A stretch of 49,149 nt of DNA, filler included, from Sphacelaria rigidula (taxonomy: Eukaryota): the NCBI GenBank assembly GCA_964200075.2. It is 3 parts of 3 records of this genome, joined end to end, with 100 filler letters (N's around TTAATTAATTAA, not from the genome) between each part and the next. Parts side by side here need not be neighbours in the genome. Positions count along the whole stretch, not along the records: positions 16,418 to 32,733 come from CAXNAA020001397.1; positions 32,834 to 49,149 come from CAXNAA020001398.1; 1 more part is not named here. One strand, given 5' to 3'. Shown here one piece after another: positions 26,001 to 35,950 of the stretch. Below the pieces are notes generated by a model. That model saw only the letters and a list, made by a program, of their open reading frames with translations. It did no database searches and was not told the origin of the DNA. The first letter of the stretch is position 1. Each line of letters begins with the position of its first letter. The position numbers and the translations under genes were made by a program.

Positions 26001-29000
26001 AGCAAACAGTATCTGAACCGTATACCCTGACATACCTGCGGCCCATGAGCATGTAGCGCGTAGTGGTCTCAGCCTCGGCCTTGTAAATGGCGTCGGTGGA
26101 ACCGAAGGACGCGATGTCATCGTTGCTGTTGCAGCCGTTCACGGAGCCGATGTTCGAGCACGTCTGCTCGAGGATGCGCGATGGGCAACGTCACACCACC
26201 GGGCGAGGGGAGAAGAGACGTCAGGTCACAAACTGAACCCTTTCCAAACTATTGCCAAGAATGCCTTCGATGATCGGGCTGACCTCGTCGACCCGCAGTG
26301 AACACATCCACAGATCAACTTATTTCAAAACACGACCAGAACATTAGCCTCCAAATGGTTCCTCACCCCACGGTCGGGTATGGTGGGGTCCAGCTCCGAG
26401 CAGCCGCAGACGATCCGTCTGATGTATTCGTTTTCATCCACGAGGCACTAAATGTTTTTCGAACAGGATGTAACCCGAATATGAACGACAACGACGACGA
26501 CGACAAAAAAAACATCAGAAAACGACAGGATCAGGATACGCACGACGGCTGATGTGCAGTTTTGTGAGCTCTCGAAGCGAGGAAGTATGCCGGACGTTGA
26601 CCCAGCAGTCGCCCACGATGAGCCGAGTTACCCTGCTGCGGCCGGTGGGGTGGAAATGTCATGACGACACTGGTTGGGTATTGTAGCCTTGATTTAGACC
26701 TTACTCAAGGCTTCTTTACCACACCAGCTATATCTCACCACGTACGCCACCACAGGTCATGAAACCGGCGGCGGGATGATGGTATGCACGGGGTTATTCC
26801 GCCCTTTTCTTATGAGCGCTTACAACGAAAGGGTTTATTCGAGGCAAGCATTTCAAAAAAGGTACATCCATCGAGGTTGGGTTGACTGGAGTTGGTGGAT
26901 CGAACGCGGTTGACTATTGCGGAAAAGAGCGTGACACCGCCTCCTGGGGCCCCCGATATCTGGTAATGATAAATGTATCAGTCATCCTCCGATAGGGGGG
27001 GAGGGTATTTGATTGCACGAAAAAAAGGGCTCATAAATTTGTCAGACGACCTGCCACAGTCGCGGTACGCTTGTATTCGTTTCAAAACGATGTCAATCGG
27101 CATGAATGAGCGTCACGTATCTATAACAAGCTTGTTCGAGCAATCGTTGCTACTTTTAACGACGATTTGACCTGGAATGTCGTGCAAGAAATGGCCCAAA
27201 ATACCCCCCCTCCCTATCGTAGGATGACTCGTATTAATACCACATTCATGACACCCACTCCATACCCTCTTGGAAAGCCAACTGTACTTCCAGTACCCCA
27301 GACCGGTTCTGGATGACGATACCATATTCCGGTTCAACTCGGCTCAAGCCCACACCCTACCTTGCCGCTGACGCAGTTATAGTAGACGTAGGTAGCGTAA
27401 CGCGGCACGATCTGCATCCCAGCGTGCCCTTGTGTGTAAAGATATCAACATGCGCGGTGGGCAGCATCCGAAGAGGGCACATCAGGTCGATATGATGCAC
27501 AGATTTGTCTCTTTGGTCCAATATATTTCAAAACAGGTTACTCGTCATTGCTCGTCTTCCTGCCCATCCTTCCTCAATAGGGTAAATAGCAGATTTCGCG
27601 GAGCGTTTTTCTATTCCACGCAGCCCGACCTGAAATAAATGGAGGTGGAAGCAAGCAGCCAACTTCATCGTGCTGCACGGTGTTTTGACCACCCTCTAGC
27701 GAATCCTCACCATTTGTGGCCACGGTGGAGTAGATGGAGTGGAACTGGCTGTTCTCGTTGACAAGGCTCACGGCGGTCTGTATGCCATCGTACGTGTTGT
27801 CACCGGGGTAGCAAGTCATGAGGTTGGCTTCACCGGACCTGAGACAGTTGGCGTTGAAGAGACCGGTAATACCCGGGGAAACCATACTGCGCCAGTTGTA
27901 AGTGTCCATGTCGAACATGCCCGAAAACACCGCGATCCGTGCGTTGGCTGCGTTGTGCGGGAGGCGTTGGTGGTTGAGAACAAGATGAACGGGCGGAGCG
28001 AGAACACGTCGAGTGAGGTGGCGAAAGGGAACAGGATGAAAAAAGCATGCTCCAAGGAGACGTTTGAAAGTGGGCAAGAAAAGTCAGCTTCCAATTTGGT
28101 GATGTTAACCCATTTACGTTTCGAAACGGCTTCAATCAAGACGGCTTTGACATAGGTAGATTATGAGCATAGGCAGCGTGAAGGGACGTATCGCGGGTAC
28201 CCTCTGTTTTCAGTACTTTTGGCACTGAGCGTTTCAGGGTACCTCAAGGATTGAAAGCTTTACATATCCGGAGTCGGATCACGCCTTTTTCCTGCTTCGA
28301 TGCGTGCCAACCCCCTTGGGGTACATGCTCGTTCATGGTTAATATTTGTTGCTGCTTTCCGTGGCCGCACGCACGGGATTGACTCCTCCTGCAATACATT
28401 GGAGAACCGCGCGCTTAGGGCACCACATCGTGGTTCACAACACGTCAGGATCGATGTTTTTCAAACCCTGGTCGGGACAGTCCCTGCAGGGATCACGCCC
28501 CTGACCCTAACACTAACACTAAGTCTCACCCCAACCCCAACCATGGGTATGTTCTTATTCCGACGAGGTCTCTCAATCTCGCGGACCTCCGCCGCATAAC
28601 ACCTCCTCCCCTCCCTCCCTGCAACCCCACACAGCCCCAACGCTCGGCCACTCTGTACAACAGCGCACATACCTCCGTCTTCGGCGTTGCAGTCTGACGC
28701 TTGGAGCTCATCGCGAGAGAGATGTGTGAGGGTGTGACTACCATGGAAGCCATCGTTGGGGTAAGCTAGTACCGCCTGGAGCAGAGCGTCACTGTCCCAT
28801 CCACCGGCGGCCGCCTCGGCCTCCATGAGGGGTACGGTAACGCTCAGGTAGTCCGGGGGAATAACAACGCTCTGTAGGCCTGAAACGTTTGAAGGAGGGG
28901 GGCGGAGTGGAGGGGAGGGGGGAGCAGATTTTGCCTGAAATGTGCCCTCCGATATACGATGACATTCAGCTTGGCAGCACCGTAGAGCCTGGGCGGGCAT

Positions 29001-31421
29001 CGGGCGGGAGTTTCGGAGAGCGGGTGCGACCCTTTCTCTGCAGCCCCCCCAAATAATAGCTGGTTCAGGAAGGCAAAATCTACACGTACATCGAAATGAA
29101 AAAAGTCAAGCACAACAAGCAGCTGCGAATTCCCACGCATGGGGTCGTTTTCGTCGATGTCGCATGTGTGAGGCGTTTCATGCAGCCTGAAACCAAATAC
29201 CAGGCACCAAGTGTCCATTTTGTTAGTGACAGTTTGGGGTTGATTTTGGGGGAAGGTTGTCGCAGGAAGACTCGTGCATCAGGTGGCGAGGCGTTGAGCT
29301 CAAGTATACTCAAGATGCCTCCGTAGCCTACTCGTAATTGCTGAATTGTTTGACGGCAGCGGTTGCACAGATGCATGGACAATGAATTCGAGCACAAGTA
29401 CTCATTCGGTAGACGCAACTCAGAGAAGAACAGAGCATACACGAACGTCAGTCGTCATGCGAGGTGCCAACCCAAGAACTAGTGACGGAATCGAGAATCT
29501 CCCTCAACAGTCGCCCGCCATGGCGTCGCACCAAGGAGTCTGCGTGCATGAAGCAATTCATGGAAGGAGGGCGCGACGCCATCTGTTGATAACACAATGA
29601 AAGAGCGTGAGAGAGGTGCAGAAGTGCGGGGAGATTTCCCTCATAGCAAACAAATCCAAATCTGCAGAACCTCTCCCTCATCGCAAAATCGAACGACGTT
29701 CGCAGGATGAACTCCGAGGAACACGATTGAGCAACCCATACACACATACCGAATAATGTTCGTCACAGTCCGAACTCACCAGGAGGTGTCATCTTTGTCC
29801 CCTTGACCGTGACGATCGTCTCCTCGTACGGAGGTACATACGGAGAACCAACCTGTTCTTCGAAGCACGCGGTCGCACGGGGGCGGGAACTAGGGTAGTG
29901 AGATACATCGTTGTCTTTACGCTAGCGCACTACTGTCGTCGGAGCTGCGGGCGCCGTCAGGGAGGAGAAATTCACATAGCGGCCAGGTTTAGAGCCGCAC
30001 AGTCTCGGTGATGTGAGCTTCACCACCCACGGCACCACGACACACCGGTTGCCTCGTGTCGCACGTTTGATCCACTGCTGCGAGATGCGAACAGATGCCT
30101 GCCGAAATAACCACATGGACAAAGTCGAACGCTTCGCCATAATCCGGCGGAGAGTATGCAAAATCTTACGGGAAGCGAACATCGTTTCGCAGGTACGTCC
30201 GTGAGCCCTTCAATCGTCGCTACGACGGATGTCGTGACTGAGTAGGCTACAAAAGCAATGCCCCTCCCGAACGCCAGCCCCCTTTCCCGCCGCTCCGAGC
30301 CTCAACAGCAACGAAGTTTGAAATAAACGTTATGTAGCACAGCTTGACGTGTCAACTCCACTTCATCAACTTCGACTAGTAATATCCTTCGGACACCCAT
30401 AGTGCATCTGGTAAGAGTGCAAAGTTATGTTCGCCCGAATACCCCATCCCGTCCTCACCGCACCTGCCCCGATTAACGCAACAAACATGATTATACGGTA
30501 AAGCAGCTAGACGGTTTGACTGCATGAACCCCGAGGAGGGACTATACGAAAACAGCAACCACCGAAAAAGACTGGAACACCCGCCAACGCCGGGATACTT
30601 CACTCCAGCTGAATATTTGGGGACTGGCTGCCACATCAATGCGGTTCGCCCCGGTGGCTCAGTTGGTAACCTCGAAACCTCCTGACGGTTGGATCGTGGG
30701 TTTAAATCTCGCACTGATGTGGGATTTTTCCTCACACCGTGTCCAACAGTGGACAGCAAGTCGTGGGTACACACAATTCGACCCAACGGTCGACGAGGGA
30801 AAGGGACTGCTGAACCCCTCTCGCGATAAAAAAAAGGATTGATACTCACCTCCTGTAGGATACCAGCCCCGTTGAAGGCGTACTCCGTAATGATTTGGGA
30901 TGAGTACTGGCTGTTCAAATCATTCTGAACGCTGATCATCTTCTCATAGTCCGCAGCTGAACATCTGTATGCCTGCGTAGTTTAAACCCCGAGTTGCATA
31001 TCCGGCACCACACCAAATGGTGGGGCGGAGAAGGAAGACACGGTGGGGAAGCAGTTGACAATCAGAGATCAGAGATCGAGCTTGAGAAAATATGAGTGGG
31101 TGTATGGTGGTAGGAACAGGCAGGGGTGCAGGCGCGAAGAATTCAAACATAGAGATGTTCTTGATTTGCTCGCTTTGAGTATACTGAAGATCGAGGTTGC
31201 GCACTATAGGATCATATTTCCCCGGAGCTCAGGCCCGTGCTGAAACGTCGAAGGGTTCGAAAGGTGCGACCCAAAATTAAAAGGGAAACAAATATTGTAA
31301 GGGTTCTGGGCGATGAAACTACACTCACCGGACCCTCGTTGAATAAGCCATCGTATTCGAATTCGTGCGTAGCGAGGAACATATCATCAACCGTGGCTCC
31401 CAGGTAGAAACGGCGCTCTCC
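23066..31421 (-). CDS. Agd3-like (carbohydrate esterase family 18-like) polysaccharide de-N-acetylase; 12 exons, 5'-incomplete, 553 aa recovered
   Basis: Exons: 31421-31329, 30972-30850, 29852-29780, 28879-28673, 27947-27711, 27428-27361, 26447-26367, 26163-26036, 25878-25752, 25446-25267, 25076-24967, 23300-23066. All introns are GT-AG, all phases match and there is no internal stop (1662 nt). Motifs in order: GERRFYLGATVDDMFLAT, YRCSAAD…ITEYAFNGAG, FHGSHTLTHL, SPGITGLFN…PGDNT, IVPRYATYVYYNC, TRYMLMGRRDKYMFHQAN, FPVKSVKFDD, IPVTVP, ETYGSD. The order matches the fungal Agd3 esterase and C-terminal domains as I recall them; not database-checked. Confidence 0.85.
26979..27230. mobile_element. 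MITE family B (TIR GAGTCATCCTACGATAGGG), 4-bp TSD GTAT, intronic
   Basis: TIRs cagtcatcctccgataggg / ccctatcgtaggatgactc, with GTAT on both sides. Homologous to 40465-40721. Confidence 0.85.
28390..28602 (-). mobile_element. Telomere-repeat-carrying MITE, older decayed copy, intronic
   Basis: Reverse-orientation homologue of 31676-31910. It has a decayed (CCCTAA)n tract at ~28500-28542 and is flanked by CTCCTCC on both sides. Confidence 0.7.
29028..29273. mobile_element. MITE family A, diverged copy, 4-bp TSD GTGC, intronic
   Basis: The interior is homologous to 34458-34711 (atcgaaatg…gcacaac.agcagctg…atgcagcctgaa). GTGC occurs at 29024-29027 and 29274-29277. Confidence 0.75.
30642..30838 (+). 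mobile_element. tRNA-derived SINE, 3'-truncated copy, intronic
   Basis: A box TGGCTCAGTTGG and decayed B box GGTTTAAATC. The body matches 37081-37418. Confidence 0.75.
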
Positions 31422-31675
31422 CTACCGTCGATGCGAAGCCGGGTGGGGGATAGGTACAGTCAAGATAGAGTGAGCGGGCGGAGAGGCGCAGGGCAAGCGT
31501 GGGAGGTACGGGGAAAGTCAGAGCTCGTAGCATGGGTGAACCCACCATTATATTGTAAGATAATGTAACGATACGAGCTGCAGGTAGTGGGATACTTCAT
31601 GTGTAAATCGTGAACTTCTCTTCTGCACCGTCACACAGCGCCATGTTGAGAACATTACTCTGGAAGGAACCCCAC

Positions 31676-31910
31676 TGTAATACGTGAGAGGACCGCGTGC
31701 TTAGAGGACCGCATCGGAATTTAAACATCCCTATGATTAGGGTTAGGGTTAGGGTTAGGGTTAGGGTTAGGGTTAGGGTTAGGGTTATGGTCAGGGCCGT
31801 GGTACCTCCAGGGACTGACCCGATTGGTTTTGAAAAACGTCGATCCTGAGGTGTTTTGAACTACGTCGCGGTCCTCTAAGCACGCGGTCCTCTCACGCAT
31901 TACAACAGGC
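31676..31910 (+). mobile_element. MITE with 37-bp TIRs enclosing an interstitial (TTAGGG)8 tract
   Basis: TIRs tgtaatacgtgagaggaccgcgtgcttagaggaccgc / gcggtcctctaagcacgcggtcctctcacgcattaca. TTAGGG x8 lies at 31737-31784, followed by 2 degenerate units. Flanks are ACCCCAC / ACCCCAG. Confidence 0.85.
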
Positions 31911-32271
31911 ACCCCAGTGGCCACCCGTGATAAATAAAAATGGGTACATATCTCGCGATCTATAGGTTAACCGTGTCTTGACAAAATGAAGGCGACGACT
32001 TGACAAAGGTGTGTTGAGGGGGTTTTGAACCTTGACCCTTTGACCACGAGGGTGGATCACTTGCTGAACTGGGATCAATTTCACTTGAAACAATTGTGTG
32101 ATCCTGATGGACTCGTGGGTGAAAAAAAGGGTGTGGGATTACTTTCCAGCAGAGAGCCGAGTTGATTGATTGGTATGTTATCTCACATTATTAGCTGATT
32201 GCAACAACCAGCCCGTGGTCGGTTGTATCCTGCTGGTTTGACGACCGAAAATGGTCCTCCAACATTGATTG

Positions 32272-32484
32272 CTTGTTTTGTGTTGTCGTCCTCTTTATTC
32301 TGGACGTCGGTTTAGACCTCATTTCGGTATATGTGGGCGCACTAGCCGGGGTCACACAGGAGAAAAGCCAACACAGGAGTTCTTTCTTTATTATTTTTCA
32401 AGTTCCCAACCTTCCTCATGTGGTGCCTGTCTTTCTTCTTTATCGCGAGTGGCGTTCAGTAGTCCCTTCTTGCCCCCATCGATC
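32272..32484 (-). mobile_element. tRNA-derived SINE family, 5'-truncated copy
   Basis: The reverse complement matches the 3' half and the (ACAAC)-like tail of 37081-37418. Confidence 0.7.
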
Positions 32485-32733
32485 TTTAATATATATATAT
32501 ATATATAGTCTGAACTATGGTGCCGAAAATGACAGCCTGTGAGAGTACCCTTTTTGGTAAACAAACCAGGAGGGTACACCCTTTATTTTGCTAAAATATC
32601 ATCTCTTACCCTTTTTTGTTCACCTATTGACCCTTTTTCGTCAAGTGCGGACAGTACAGCCGGCTCAGCAGAAGATACGCCCAGCAGTCATAACCATAGT
32701 AATTTTCGGTTAAATTACCAGGGATGTGTACGG

Positions 32734-32833
32734 NNNNNNNNNNNNNNNNNNNNNNNNNNNNNNNNNNNNNNNNNNNNTTAATTAATTAANNNNNNNNNNN
32801 NNNNNNNNNNNNNNNNNNNNNNNNNNNNNNNNN
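32734..32833. other. Assembly gap with artificial six-frame-stop spacer
   Basis: 100 nt: N44-TTAATTAATTAA-N44. Confidence 0.95.
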
Positions 32834-34457
32834 TAATATACATAAATCAACAAGGGAATCACTTCAACAACAGAGATCCCACGACCTTTTCTTACACATA
32901 GACCCCAGCGCTGAGTAGGAGATTCAGCCCTTAGACACGACAGTGCACCTGCTGAGCGTGCAGTAGTAGAAACCCCTCGCCCGCGACTGAAGCAACAACG
33001 CGGTGACACTTTGAGGGGCGCGAAGGTGACGACGCATGTGTCTGTCCGAAGAGACGCACTGGGCAGCAGGAACAGTGAGAGTACAATAGTCGGTGCTGAA
33101 TGAGCAGCCGCTGCCAGTGCTGTTGGAAGAGGCGAACAAGTCACATAGCCATCGCTAGTCCGAGGGGACAGGCACGAGAGCGCTAGAGGCGTTGCCGCCA
33201 TTGCTGTCAAGGAGCAAGCCGGACAGGAAGTGGCGGCTGTAGCGAGTATGGATGAAACTGCTGCTGCTGTTGGCGATGTTGAGAGGGCGAGGTCAGAATT
33301 GACCAATGAGCAAGTACTGGTGGGCGGAGATCCCAGTTGCTTGTTGCCGCCAGACCAGCGTGTAGCTGGAGATACTCCTTGCATGCTCGAAGCTGCAGGA
33401 GGGTGTTATTCGCGTATTGCAAACGAGTAGGGTAACCAAGGAGCTTGCCGTGCTCACGGTGAATCTATCTGCGCCAGTGACATAGCGGGAGATCGTTCAG
33501 ATTATTCGCAGGGGTGTCTGCTTGAAGGCTCCCGGCGCCTGCGATTGCGCCTGCTAATCCGCCGCTGTTGTTGTTCTTATTGTTGTTGCTGTTTTTCCCC
33601 ATGATGAATAATGGATAACGGGGGAGAAAAAAAACATCCGAGTGTCTCGCACACTTCGCCTAAACTGCTGTTGCCAATATTGAGATCGCGAGACTCCTAG
33701 TGACGGGAGGAACTGTCGAAGGTGGCCGATTATCTTTATCGTGTTATGTTACTCAAGGATTGACCGTAAGTTGTGGGGTGTAGGCAAGTAGATCACTCGG
33801 GAAAGCTCGACGAGCGCGAGCAAGTTAGCCCGAAGAAAGAGCGATCCCCAGGGATAGCCAGCAGGCTGCTGGACAGATCCCTGCTACCTTTGGGTCCCAG
33901 ATCCGGCTGTACAGATATGGGAGTTTCGGGGCTGCCGGAAACTACCCCTGTATCACCCGCTCACTAGGTTACACGTCATAAAAGGAAACCTCTCCGCACA
34001 TGCCGAAATGGCGATTTCCACAATATTGTCTGTCGATATCCCGTTTGGATGTAAGTGTTTCCCGTATGGAGCACGACTGTCTGACATGTTATGTGCCTGA
34101 GAATATATTGACTACTCCCGGTAATGGAGACTTCTTATGTGTGAAGAACTCTGCCTTGAAGTATCTAAGCCCTAGCGGAGAGGAGGTCCTTGAAGCAGCC
34201 CTGTGACCATGCTCTCAGTTCGGACAGTTCTCCAAGTCGGCGGCGATGACAGAGGTGTCTGTAATTGTGTAGCACGTTGATAATGGCTCCCTTCTACTAC
34301 TACCACGACATCTTGCCAGACGTCGAAGCAGCGACGACAATGCTGCGGGAGTGATGGAGAATCTCGAAAGGCTCCCCGGCCAGCCAAAGCGTTTGGTGTG
34401 CAGCGGATATCCCATACGGCCCCGGTGATTTGTCATTATAGCCGTAGTCCTCAAAAT

Positions 34458-34711
34458 GACACTTTCTACGGTAGCCGCCGCCCCCAAAATTGGGTAGTTT
34501 GGGGAGGCAAAATCTTCGCGTTAATCGAAATGGAAACAGTCGAGCACAACGAGCAGCTGAAAAATCCCACGCTTGGGTTCATTCTCGCCGATGTCGCCCA
34601 TATGAGGCGCTTTATGCAGCCTGAACCCAAACATCAGGCGCTCTCTCGATGACCACGTTTTTCGTGACACTTTTGGGCTGGTTTTGGTGGGCGGCTATCG
34701 TAGAAAGTGTC
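34458..34711. mobile_element. MITE family A, 4-bp TSD AAAT
   Basis: TIRs gacactttctacggtagccgcc / ggcggctatcgtagaaagtgtc. AAAT occurs at 34454-34457 and 34712-34715. Confidence 0.85.
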
Positions 34712-35950
34712 AAATCTCTCCTGTTTCAGCTGGGCTTGGTGGGTCTCCAAGTGGCAACATTTTCGACGGTGTGCGATGTTCTCCGTGACAGCTGGATCAG
34801 GAGTTGTTGATGTTGCATTCGGCAACGTCAGAAAGTACCGCTCCATCTCTTACTGATTCTAGTTTTGTACGGCAGCGTTTTCCCGCCCTCGTCCTTTGAC
34901 ATACAATCCGCTCTCTACTCTTCTTTCTCGAGTTCTTCATATATATACAGCCCGCGAGGAATCCAAGATGAGAACAAACGATCGATAGTGTTCCGCTTCT
35001 CCACTGACTTGAGACGAAGGGGGAGGGGGGGGGTTGCATGGAAACTGATACCTCTGTCTTGTCCTGTCGGTTGTTGACTTATTTCCTTAGCTTGCAACTT
35101 ATGCTTCTCATTCCCCGCACCCTCCTGGCACCCAGCGTGGACACACTGGGAAGTAGAATGGGGGCACGGAGAAAGTGATACCTGTCTCGTCCTGTCGATT
35201 GTTCAGTTATTTTTCCTTGGCTACAGCTGTGCTCTTCATTCCCCATACCCTTGCACCAAGCATCCATACACTGGAAGGTAGAACCGTCATTGTTAAACTT
35301 TTCTGCCACGATAGCAGCGATGCCTTCGCAACTACCCTTACATGAGGTTCAATTTGGAAAAATCATGCCGAGTCTTGGAATACCAACTCGAACGTCAGCA
35401 CGGCTGCGTTGGCCAACTACTGAACACCGTATGTCACCACTGACCAACTACTGAACAACGCATGTTACCATAACCAATTTTACAATATGTGGGGCGGGTA
35501 GAGTAAAACATCAATCTAGCTCTCGCACTATGCGCAAGTTCTCCTAGAGATGGTTGACGCGAGCTCGTCGCTCAGTAGCTGCTCGGCTCATGACAAACTT
35601 TGGGTTTCAGCCACCCAGCCCTACCCCAAACCCACCTCGAGGCCTCTCCCACCATGGGAGAGCACAAGCGAGCTAAAAACGCCGGAGAATTCACCGCTCT
35701 GGGGCATGCGTTGTTGGATCACTGGAGCTGCTGGAAGTCCAAATCTTGATGATCCCCGATGACTGAAAACAGTGTTTCAATTACGAACACCGGGTGGACT
35801 TGAGTGCTGCATGTTCCAATCTCTTCAGTTCGCATTCTGCGATATACTCCAAATGGCAAGTTACCACCAACGTTTCCTAGGCAAGACATACTGGTCCACA
35901 ATGAACCCGTATCACCATACCCAGCACAGCTCTGGGTGATTTCAATATCT

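Noticed and set aside
22900-31421. Initial impression of a frameshifted pseudogene
   Set aside because: The apparent frameshifts disappear once the correct acceptors are used. All exon phases match with no stops.
31737-31796. Chromosome end / true telomere
   Set aside because: Only 8 perfect units, enclosed by TIRs with ordinary sequence on both sides.
32834-33973. Ser/Ala/Thr-rich 200-aa ORF and a TG…CA segment (33742-33973) as gag plus LTR, or as the missing deacetylase N-terminus
   Set aside because: No TSD, PBS or protein motif was found, and there is no Agd3-like sequence or coherent splice pattern.
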